Of a stretch of DNA of 64,000 nt, positions 56,323 to 64,000 are shown piece by piece; position 1 is the stretch's first letter, and the number at the start of each line of letters is the position of its first letter. The DNA lies in contig CACCZQ010000003.1 of NCBI GenBank assembly GCA_902550485.1, positions 34,099 through 98,098 of the forward strand. Reading direction: 5' to 3'. This stretch comes from an uncultured Prochlorococcus sp. (GTDB taxonomy: Bacteria; Cyanobacteriota; Cyanobacteriia; PCC-6307; Cyanobiaceae). The translations under genes were made by a program, and so were the position numbers. Below the pieces are notes generated by a model, which saw nothing but the letters and a program-made list of their open reading frames with translations, was not told the DNA's origin and did no database searches.

Positions 56323-57006
56323 ATGAAAAAAAATTTATATGAAGAATTAGGCCTCAAACAAAATGCAACCAAAAGTGAAATTAAATCTTCATATCGTTCT
56401 TTAGTTAAGCAACATCATCCTGATGCAGGGGGAGAAAAAGAACGATTTCTTGCAATACAAAATGCCTGGGAGATTCTAAACGACCCTTTAAAAAAAGAAC
56501 AATATGATAAGAATTTCTTATCTTCTAGTTCATCATTTGATTCATTAAGTGAAAATTGGGAAGAAAAATTTAATTCAAAAAAATATAATTCATCAATTAA
56601 AGATAGAGAAGTTGAAACATGGATTAAAGAAGTTTTCACTCCGATTAATAGATTAATTAGTCAAATAATTAAACCTTTGAACAACGAAATCAAAGCACTT
56701 TCTGCGGATCCATATGATGAACAACTAATGGAAAATTTTTGTAGTTACATAAGTCTTTCACAAAGAAAAATAGAAAAAGTTGAAAAAATATATAACCAAA
56801 AAATAGTTCCAAAGTCTATTACAATTTTAGGCCTCGATCTGTATCATTGTTTTTCACAAGTTAAGGATGCACTTTTAGAATTTGATAGATACACACAGGG
56901 ATACGTAGATGATTACTTATTTGATGGTAAAGAAATGATTAAAGAAGCAAAAAGAATTCAATCCAAGATGTCTGCAGAGAAAAAAAATAAAAACTCTAAG
57001 ATATAA
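56323..57006 (+). CDS. J-domain (DnaJ-like) protein
   Basis: N-terminal J domain with the HPD motif. Confidence 0.9.
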   Translation: MKKNLYEELGLKQNATKSEIKSSYRSLVKQHHPDAGGEKERFLAIQNAWEILNDPLKKEQYDKNFLSSSSSFDSLSENWEEKFNSKKYNSSIKDREVETWIKEVFTPINRLISQIIKPLNNEIKALSADPYDEQLMENFCSYISLSQRKIEKVEKIYNQKIVPKSITILGLDLYHCFSQVKDALLEFDRYTQGYVDDYLFDGKEMIKEAKRIQSKMSAEKKNKNSKI

Positions 57007-57010
57007 AAAT

Positions 57011-57247
57011 TTATTGAATATATTCTTGAAGTTGATCCAATTTCAACCAAACATCTGGAACAGGCCTGCGCCATCGAACCTGAGCATACTCGTCTTTGAC
57101 TAAAAGAATCTCTCCAGGACCTTCAAATACATAATTAGGTAGATCGTTATCACTAGCTAGCGACTCGATACTCTTTATAAAACTTTTTCTATCGACAAAA
57201 ACTAAGCTTCCTTTCTTCAGAGGTTTCTTTGGAATAGAATCTGTCAT
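57011..57247 (-). CDS. ndhO: NDH-1 subunit O
   Basis: KKGSLV, SIESLASD, YVFEGPGE and PVPDVWL motifs. Confidence 0.88.
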   Translation of the reverse strand: MTDSIPKKPLKKGSLVFVDRKSFIKSIESLASDNDLPNYVFEGPGEILLVKDEYAQVRWRRPVPDVWLKLDQLQEYIQ

Positions 57248-57385
57248 AATAAAGTCAACAAAGTTATCTGAAATCCATTATACAAAAACTTATTTGATAA
57301 ATATTTAAAAAAATTGATAACGGAATAATAATTACAAACGAGTAAAAAATTTAATAGCCTTTAATAATAAATATTTAAAAAAAAT

Positions 57386-58312
57386 ATGCGTCTTTTACTA
57401 CTTGGCTGCACTGGATTTGTTGGTAAAGAATTAGTACCAACACTACTCAATAAAAATCACGAAATATTTATTGTAAGTAGAAAAAATATAAGTAAATTAA
57501 AACTTGGACTAGATTTCAATAAATTTAAATTTTTGCAAATCGATTTATCAAAAGAAAAAAACTGGAATAACGAAAATCTTCTAAATATCCTCAGAGAGGT
57601 AGATGGAATAATTAATTTAATGGGAGAACCAATAGCAGAAAAAAAATGGACTTCTGTACAAAAACAGGAGATTGAAAATAGTCGTATTAATACTACAAAA
57701 TTTATGATGAAGACCCTAAAAAATTTCAAAATTAACCCAAAAGTTATTATAAATGGATCAGCAATAGGTTATTACGGTACAAGTTTGCTTGATGAATTCA
57801 CTGAAAATAGTATTGGAGGTAAAGACTTTTTAGCTAATCTTTGCAAAAAATGGGAAGCAGTAGCTGCTGAAAAACCATTTTTCTCAAGGTTAGTCATATT
57901 TAGAATCGGACTTGTTATAGAGGCAGATGGAGGGGCATTAGGAAAAATGCTCCCTGTATTCAAAGTTGGATTAGGTGGACCAATTGGAGATGGAAAGCAA
58001 TGGATGAGTTGGATTCATAGAAGTGATTTATGTGCATTAATTTCTCAAGCATTAATTGATAAAAAGTATTCAGGAGTATTTAATGCCGTTGCACCAAATC
58101 CAGTTTTAATGAGAGACTTTTCTGAGGCTTTAGGAAAATGTCTTAATAGACCTAATTTAATTCCAGTACCTGGAGCAGTTTTAAAACTATTGTTAGGAGA
58201 TGGAGCAAAAGTTGTATTAGAGGGACAAAAAGTGATAAGCAGTAAACTCAAAAATTATAATTTTAAATATCCTCTTCTTGAGAAAGCAATTTACGCCGCC
58301 ACCAAGAATTAA
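57386..58312 (+). CDS. NAD-dependent epimerase family protein (TIGR01777/YfcH-like)
   Basis: GCTGFVG, SAIGYYG, LGGPIGDGKQWMSWIH and FNAVAP motifs. Confidence 0.9.
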   Translation: MRLLLLGCTGFVGKELVPTLLNKNHEIFIVSRKNISKLKLGLDFNKFKFLQIDLSKEKNWNNENLLNILREVDGIINLMGEPIAEKKWTSVQKQEIENSRINTTKFMMKTLKNFKINPKVIINGSAIGYYGTSLLDEFTENSIGGKDFLANLCKKWEAVAAEKPFFSRLVIFRIGLVIEADGGALGKMLPVFKVGLGGPIGDGKQWMSWIHRSDLCALISQALIDKKYSGVFNAVAPNPVLMRDFSEALGKCLNRPNLIPVPGAVLKLLLGDGAKVVLEGQKVISSKLKNYNFKYPLLEKAIYAATKN

Positions 58313-58532
58313 TACCATTGACTAAAGCTCCAATAATAAGAATTGTTATTAATGGGACTACAAGAGGATTCCAAACTATCTGAAAAAAATTAATAAAAAT
58401 AAATATCCCATTTAATTGCATGATGATTGCAAAAATAAAAAATATTGCGAAAAAAATTACCGTAAATAAGTTTATTAATAAAAAATTATCGATAATTTGT
58501 TTTAACTTATTTTGATTATTTTCCATATTCAT
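58263..58532 (-). CDS. Small hypothetical membrane protein
   Basis: Two hydrophobic segments; WNPLVVP motif. Confidence 0.7.
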   Translation of the reverse strand: MNMENNQNKLKQIIDNFLLINLFTVIFFAIFFIFAIIMQLNGIFIFINFFQIVWNPLVVPLITILIIGALVNGINSWWRRKLLSQEEDI

Positions 58533-59578
58533 TTTTTATAACATTATTCATATCATCAACTATCTTAAGACAAGCTTTGTTTTTACCCAATCTCTTTTTA
58601 GCATTTTCATTACATGAGATAATAAAATTCTTATTTAGCTTTATAAGATATATTACTTTTTTGATCAATTTTATTGACTGATTTATTTGATCATTCTTAT
58701 TACTTATTATTACTGGTACAAAAAAAATATTTTTCCAAGTAAAAGTCTTTGCTCTTTCGGAAAAGTTTTTGAAAATTGTGGACCTTTACCTTCGATCTGA
58801 ATACCCGATTTTCCTAATCCAATCTATTGCTCTGTTGCTGTTCCTACCACGCTGATAAAACATCTGGTTTTCAATAATATTTGTCAAAATTAAACTCGAT
58901 TTTTAGAAAATATTTTAAATCTGAAAATACCTCTAATACCTCAAAAATAAAAACAAAATTATCTAAAATCTCAGGGAATCTACTTCCTGGAAATAATCCA
59001 ATAATAAATTCAGATTGCTTTAATTCTTTCTCTCTAGAAAAAAACTTATCCATAAATGGATTACCTAAAAATGACACTTTATTTTCAGTTGCAAAGTTTA
59101 ATCATTAGCTTAAGAGAATCTTTCTTGTATATTTTTATTTGCTTTTTGTTAAAGCAACAAACTTTAGGAGCCATGCTAATTTTCACTTCCCTTAAGAATG
59201 ACTGGAATAAAAAACTAGATATGTAAAAAAATCTTTCTTAAAACCCATGCAAAAAACTGGCAAAATATCTCAAGCTATAAAAATAATTATATTTCTTTTT
59301 CTTATTTTAAAACTTAAATATAATTTTTTTAGAAAATAAAATTTTATTCCTTGTAATATCTCAATGAATCTTTCCTTAAAAGAATTATAGCCAATTCCTC
59401 TAGTACGAAATTATTTAATTTTACCGATAATCTTAATTTCTTCTTTTTCGTGATGGTTTCCTTTAACAACAACTGGCAAAGCATAAACAGAATAACCACT
59501 TTTTACGAATTGCCTAGCTAAAAAACTCGCATATAGATCTTCACCATGCCAATTACCTAAAATTAAAATTTTAAATAA
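58516..59578 (-). pseudogene. Pseudogene of the cyanobacterial lipid-A-disaccharide-synthase-related glycosyltransferase (TIGR03492-like)
   Basis: Fragments ILILGNWHGEDL (family SNGHGED), ALPVVVKG, FLGNPFMD, GLFPGSRFPE and GTATEQ*IGLGK...GKGPQF, with in-frame stops (e.g. TAA at 59413-59411) and broken reading frames. Confidence 0.88.
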
Positions 59579-59579
59579 T

Positions 59580-60008
59580 TTAAAATTCCAACCATTTTTT
59601 TACTTTGGTTAACTCAGGCCAATCTGGATATCTACTTAATCCATCTTCAACAGAATCTTTTAACTCACTTTTCACATCTGGCATCATCATAGACATTTTT
59701 TTTATTAACTCAATATGATCTCTAACACCTTTATTTTTGGTAGCTAAAAGAGCTAAAGACAAATTCATTCTTGCTTGTGGGTCTTGCTGATTTAATCGAA
59801 CAGCTTGTCTGGCGGCTGCCAAAGCCTCTTCATTATTTTTCAAAAGCAATTGAAGCCATGATAAACAAGTCCAAGCAGCAAAATGGTTTGGAATTTGCTG
59901 TATAATTTTTTGAAAATCTTGGGCTATTGGAATTAAATCTTGCCCAGCTTTATATCTTGATAGAGCTGCATTAAAATCCTCTTCGATGGGATTAATTTCG
60001 TTTTTCAT
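59580..60008 (-). CDS. TPR-like conserved protein
   Basis: AAWTCLSWLQLL and AVRLNQQDPQARMNL helical repeat pattern. Confidence 0.82.
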   Translation of the reverse strand: MKNEINPIEEDFNAALSRYKAGQDLIPIAQDFQKIIQQIPNHFAAWTCLSWLQLLLKNNEEALAAARQAVRLNQQDPQARMNLSLALLATKNKGVRDHIELIKKMSMMMPDVKSELKDSVEDGLSRYPDWPELTKVKKWLEF

Positions 60009-60014
60009 TATTTA

Positions 60015-60407
60015 TTAAACTGCAAAAGAGCTTCCGCAACCGCAAGTTTGAGAAGCATTAGGATTTACAAAATTAAAGCCACCGCCAATTAATTCCTTAC
60101 TAAAATCTAATTGCATTCCATAAATATACAAGAGACTTTTAGGATCACAAACTACTTGAAAGCTTTGATCAGCTTTTAAAGAATAATCATAAACTTTATC
60201 ATCGGGATTTATTTCATTGGCTCCAATAAAATCCATCGTATAACTCATCCCGCTACAACCACCTGATCTTACTCCTACCCTTAGTGCTTTTTTATCACTT
60301 TGGCCCTTTAATAAATTTGAAATTTGCTCTATAGCATCATTCGTAATTAAGATGCCTTTGCCATCATCAGAATTCTTAATTTCCTGTTCAACTGCTACAT
60401 TTTCCAT
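60015..60407 (-). CDS. A-type Fe-S cluster carrier (IscA/SufA/HesB family)
   Basis: GGCSGMSY and NPNASQTCGCGSSF motifs; the ATG at 60407 is preferred. Confidence 0.95.
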   Translation of the reverse strand: MENVAVEQEIKNSDDGKGILITNDAIEQISNLLKGQSDKKALRVGVRSGGCSGMSYTMDFIGANEINPDDKVYDYSLKADQSFQVVCDPKSLLYIYGMQLDFSKELIGGGFNFVNPNASQTCGCGSSFAV

Positions 60408-60506
60408 AAACAAAGGATTCTTACTATTTATAATATAAAAACTTAATTGATAGGATGCATAGAACAAACAATTTCCAAACTTGATTTGTTATAATTTTAA
60501 GAAAAA

Positions 60507-61961
60507 GTGAAAATTGCAATAGTTGGTTCTGGGTTAGCTGGTCTTACAGCAGCAGTAAATTTAGTTGATGAAGGTCACAAAGTAGAAATTTACGAGAGTA
60601 GATCATTTTGGGGAGGTAAAGTAGGAAGTTGGGAAGATAAAGATGGCAACCACATAGAAATGGGTTTACATGTATTTTTTTACAATTACGCAAATCTGTT
60701 CAAATTAATGAAAAAAGTGGGAGCTCTAGATAATTTACTCCCGAAGGATCATACTCATTTATTCATTAATAATGGTGGGAATCTGAAAGCGTTAGATTTC
60801 AGATTCCCCTTGGGTGCTCCATTTAATGGACTAAAAGCTTTTTTTACAACCGAACAACTTACTTGGATAGATAAGTTCAGAAATGCATTAGCTTTAGGGA
60901 CAAGCCCAATAGTTAGAGGATTGATAGACTATGAGGGCGCAATGAAAATTATTAGAGATCTAGATAGAATTAGTTTTAAAGAATGGTTTTTAAACCATGG
61001 TGGAAGTGAAAAAAGTTTAGAAAGAATGTGGGATCCTATCGCATATGCTTTAGGTTTTATTAATTGCAAAGATATTTCAGCAAGATGCATGCTAACTATC
61101 TTCATGATGTTTGCTTCAAAAACAGAAGCCTCAAAACTTAATCTTTTAAAAGGTTCTCCTCATAAGTGGTTAACTCAACCTATTGTGGACTACATCACAA
61201 ACAAAGGGGCAAAAATCCACCTTAACCATAAGGTAGAAGAAATTATCTATGAAAAGGAATCTTCCTCATATTCAGTTAATCAGTTAAAAATATCTTCTCC
61301 TGAAGGAATTAAGACGGTGTTTGCAGATAAATTTCTAGCGGCCTGTGATGTTCCTGGTATAAAAAAAATAATTCCAAAAGAATGGTATCAATTTAAAGAA
61401 TTTGAAGGTTTAAAAAAACTTAGAGCAGTTGCTGTTGCCACAATCCAATTAAGATACGACGGTTGGGTTACCGAATTAGAAAAAGATAATACTGGCAACA
61501 CACCAACTGGACTAGATAACCTTCTTTATTCTGCTGATGCCTCCTTCAGTTGTTTTGCTGATTTAGCACTGGCAAGTCCAGCAGATTATAGAAAAAAAGA
61601 TATGGGATCACTCCTCCAATGTGTTTTAACTCCTGGCGATAGATGGATGGGAAGATCTACAGAAAGAATTACAAAAGAAATAGATAAAGAGGTTCGCCGT
61701 CTATTCCCATCCTCAAAAAACCTTAAATTGCTTTGGAGTAACGTAGTACAAATTCCACAATCACTCTATAGAGAATCGCCTGGTATGGAACCTTACAGAC
61801 CCGCTCAAAAAACATCAATATCTAATTTCTTTATGGCTGGTAGTTACACAAAACAAGATTACATAGACTCTATGGAGGGAGCAACAATGAGTGGTCATTT
61901 AGCTGCTTCTGCAATTTTAGAGAAGAAAGCAGAATTAGCAAAAAATCTTGCAGTTAGTTAA
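60507..61961 (+). CDS. zds: Zeta-carotene desaturase (CrtQ/ZDS)
   Basis: GSGLAGL, GNHIEMGLHVFF and QDYIDSMEGATMSG motifs. Confidence 0.96.
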   Translation: MKIAIVGSGLAGLTAAVNLVDEGHKVEIYESRSFWGGKVGSWEDKDGNHIEMGLHVFFYNYANLFKLMKKVGALDNLLPKDHTHLFINNGGNLKALDFRFPLGAPFNGLKAFFTTEQLTWIDKFRNALALGTSPIVRGLIDYEGAMKIIRDLDRISFKEWFLNHGGSEKSLERMWDPIAYALGFINCKDISARCMLTIFMMFASKTEASKLNLLKGSPHKWLTQPIVDYITNKGAKIHLNHKVEEIIYEKESSSYSVNQLKISSPEGIKTVFADKFLAACDVPGIKKIIPKEWYQFKEFEGLKKLRAVAVATIQLRYDGWVTELEKDNTGNTPTGLDNLLYSADASFSCFADLALASPADYRKKDMGSLLQCVLTPGDRWMGRSTERITKEIDKEVRRLFPSSKNLKLLWSNVVQIPQSLYRESPGMEPYRPAQKTSISNFFMAGSYTKQDYIDSMEGATMSGHLAASAILEKKAELAKNLAVS

Positions 61962-61964
61962 CTG

Positions 61965-62435
61965 ATGGGTACTTGGCTAAAACATGACGTAATAACAGTA
62001 GTTAACGCGCCTCTAGAAAATGTTTGGAATACATGGAGCGATTTAGACTCAATGTCTCTTTGGATGAGCTGGATTGAATCTGTAAAAACAGTTGATGAAG
62101 AAACTAATACATTGCCAGATTTAACTGAATGGACTTTAGCCGCAAATGGCTTCAGGTTTAAATGGAAAGCTCAAATTACAGAAAGAATCGAAAAAAGCAA
62201 ACTTAAATGGAAATCTATAGGAGGTTTACCAACTGAGGGATCAGTGGTTTTCGAAAGTAAAAGTGATCAAATCACGACGGTAAATTTAGCCATTACTTAT
62301 GAGCTACCTAAAATGATTGCGAGGTTTATGGAAGAGAATGTTTTAGGCAAAATGGTTACAAACGAATTACAGGCCAATATTGATAGGTTCAAAGATTTAG
62401 TTGAAAAGAACTATAAAAAAGATTTTTCTAACTAA
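61965..62435 (+). CDS. SRPBCC (polyketide cyclase/START-like) family protein
   Basis: VNAPLENVWNTWSDL and WMSWIESV motifs; follows zds. Confidence 0.87.
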   Translation: MGTWLKHDVITVVNAPLENVWNTWSDLDSMSLWMSWIESVKTVDEETNTLPDLTEWTLAANGFRFKWKAQITERIEKSKLKWKSIGGLPTEGSVVFESKSDQITTVNLAITYELPKMIARFMEENVLGKMVTNELQANIDRFKDLVEKNYKKDFSN

Positions 62436-63237
62436 AAATATCAATTGCTACATCAAGTAGTCCTTCAAAAGTATAATTTTGCGCCTGTCTATCAACTCTT
62501 CCAAAAATCTTCATACATATTTTGGTTGTCTGAGGTCCAATAGTTAACAACTTAATTTGATCGAAATATTCTAACCAATGTTTACCAAGTTTTTTTTCTA
62601 ATAAAAAAGCAGAATTTGATACGGTTTTACCGCTTGAGAAAATAATTGCGTCGACTTTTCGATTAGAAATAATATCAATTGTTTCTTCTGGAATTAATTC
62701 AGGACATCTAGTTTCATATGCAGCAACCTCAAATACACGGGAACCAGCCTTTCTAAATTGATCTGCAATTAGATCCCTACCACCTGTTTGAACTCTTGGT
62801 AAAAAGACTCGAAGTCCATAACCAGATACTGGGAAGTTATCAATTAAACTTTCAGCGATAAATTCTGGAGGTATGAAATCAGCCTTAATCCCAAAATCAT
62901 CAAGAGTTTTTGAGGTTTTTTCTCCGACTACAGCGATTTTTGTTTTTTTAGAACACTCTTTTAATGAACTATTAAAATATCTAAGTCTTTTATCTACAAA
63001 TTTGATCCCATTACTACTGGAAAAAATGATCCAATGAAAATCATTTATTTGATTTAGAGCTTCGTCAAGAGGATTCAAATCATCAGGATCACCAATACTT
63101 ATTGCAGGTAATTCAAATATATTAGCGCCCTTGCTTGTGAATATCTTTTTTATTTCCAATATTCCTTCTTTTGATCTAGTGAAAATTATATTTCTTTGAT
63201 CAAGTGGTCGATCAAGTATTGGCATCCTTTTCCTCAA
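62428..63237 (-). CDS. hemD: Uroporphyrinogen-III synthase
   Basis: IFTRS, FSSSNG, VVGEKT, AYET, FSSGKT and IGPQT motifs. Start may be the internal ATG (MPIL). Confidence 0.92.
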   Translation of the reverse strand: MRKRMPILDRPLDQRNIIFTRSKEGILEIKKIFTSKGANIFELPAISIGDPDDLNPLDEALNQINDFHWIIFSSSNGIKFVDKRLRYFNSSLKECSKKTKIAVVGEKTSKTLDDFGIKADFIPPEFIAESLIDNFPVSGYGLRVFLPRVQTGGRDLIADQFRKAGSRVFEVAAYETRCPELIPEETIDIISNRKVDAIIFSSGKTVSNSAFLLEKKLGKHWLEYFDQIKLLTIGPQTTKICMKIFGRVDRQAQNYTFEGLLDVAIDIFS

Positions 63238-63604
63238 ACTTATTATTTTGATTTTTATTTTTTAATTCATCGAGAAGTTTTAAGACTGATAATCCTTTAT
63301 CAAGAACAACATCGTCTTTAAAAATGATCTCTGGAACTCTTCTCATCTCTATCCTTTTTCCTAAACTATGCCTTATAGAGCTTTTAGCAGTATTCAAGTT
63401 TGCTACAATCTTCTTCCTCACTTTCTCTTGAGCAGTTGAAGTTATGTAAATTTTACAGTGTTGCAAATCACCTGATAAATCAATCTTAGAAATATTGACA
63501 AAATGATCTCTAATCAGATCATTTTCCAAATCATTCTGCAAAATAAGGGTTATCTCTTTCTTCAAAAGAGAGGAAACTTTTGCAAGACGGTAATTATTTG
63601 GCAT
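63212..63604 (-). CDS. rbfA: Ribosome-binding factor A
   Basis: LSGDLQHCKIYI and MRRVPEIIFKDD motifs. Confidence 0.93.
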   Translation of the reverse strand: MPNNYRLAKVSSLLKKEITLILQNDLENDLIRDHFVNISKIDLSGDLQHCKIYITSTAQEKVRKKIVANLNTAKSSIRHSLGKRIEMRRVPEIIFKDDVVLDKGLSVLKLLDELKNKNQNNKFEEKDANT

Positions 63605-63813
63605 TATGATTGTAAATTTATTGGATTTGTCATGGCCTGCAAGACAAAATAAATAGTTATGAAAGCACTTAAGACAGAAGATATCAAACCTATTATTGTG
63701 AGTGGATTTGATCTATTCTTGAATAAAGGTTCAAGCAAAGCAACAAGTCCCCCAATAATGATGGATATCAAATACTTTGGATATCTTGCAACATTAGAGA
63801 AAAATTCGCCCAT
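63604..63813 (-). CDS. DUF751-family small membrane protein
   Basis: MGEFFSNVARYPKYLIS signature; sits upstream of rbfA. End coordinate approximate (track start 63822). Confidence 0.8.
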   Translation of the reverse strand: MGEFFSNVARYPKYLISIIIGGLVALLEPLFKNRSNPLTIIGLISSVLSAFITIYFVLQAMTNPINLQS

Positions 63814-63867
63814 CAGCTCCACAAATAGATTACTTTTTTAGCTAAGTTTTAACAAACATTAAACAGC

Positions 63868-64000
63868 ATGATTACATTATATCAATTTAGGCATAGTGCT
63901 TTTTGTTTAAAAACAAGAATGGCTCTTCATGCAAAAAAACTACAATATCGAGTTGAAGAAGTAACACCTGGAATAGGCCAATTTGAAATCTTTAAATTAT
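63868..64000 (+). CDS. Glutathione S-transferase family protein, 5' end (truncated by window end)
   Basis: MITLYQFRHSAFCLKTRMALHAKKLQYRVEEVTPG resembles a GST N-terminal thioredoxin-like domain. Confidence 0.75.
   Translation, partial: MITLYQFRHSAFCLKTRMALHAKKLQYRVEEVTPGIGQFEIFKL

Noticed and set aside
58871-59108. Track ORFs 58871..59077 (-) and 58881..59108 (+) as independent genes
   Set aside because: The minus-strand ORF is an internal fragment of the pseudogene; the plus-strand ORF is its antisense shadow.

Overview
AT-rich core chromosome of a marine picocyanobacterium, most consistent with a high-light Prochlorococcus (inferred from gene content, gene order and very low GC). About 58 kb is conserved housekeeping: grx-gshB, phylloquinone men genes, NDH-1 subunits (ndhH, A, I, G, E, D, F, M, O), trpB, gltA, carotenoid genes (pds, crtB, zds, NnrU/Z-ISO-like), plsX-fabH-fabD-plsC, rpaA/rpaB, radA, ycf3, tmk-holB, cysK, hemD and rbfA. 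The main accessory feature is a ~5.4 kb island (~48700-54104) at the 3' end of tRNA-Asn(GTT). It has no integrase but looks like two tandemly integrated, related elements. The right element is 2.5 kb, bounded by a 14-bp duplication of the tRNA 3' end, has 11-bp-period direct repeats inside both ends, and carries two predicted secreted proteins. The older left element repeats the same end architecture (terminator hairpin plus a diverged 11-bp repeat at the same distance from the core) and carries a translationally coupled pair, a GSCFA-domain gene and an SGNH-like gene. Also notable are a heavily decayed lipid-A-disaccharide-synthase-related pseudogene (58516-59578) and a repeat-built N-terminal extension on PlsX. 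All calls come from reading the sequence and motifs; no database searches were run.
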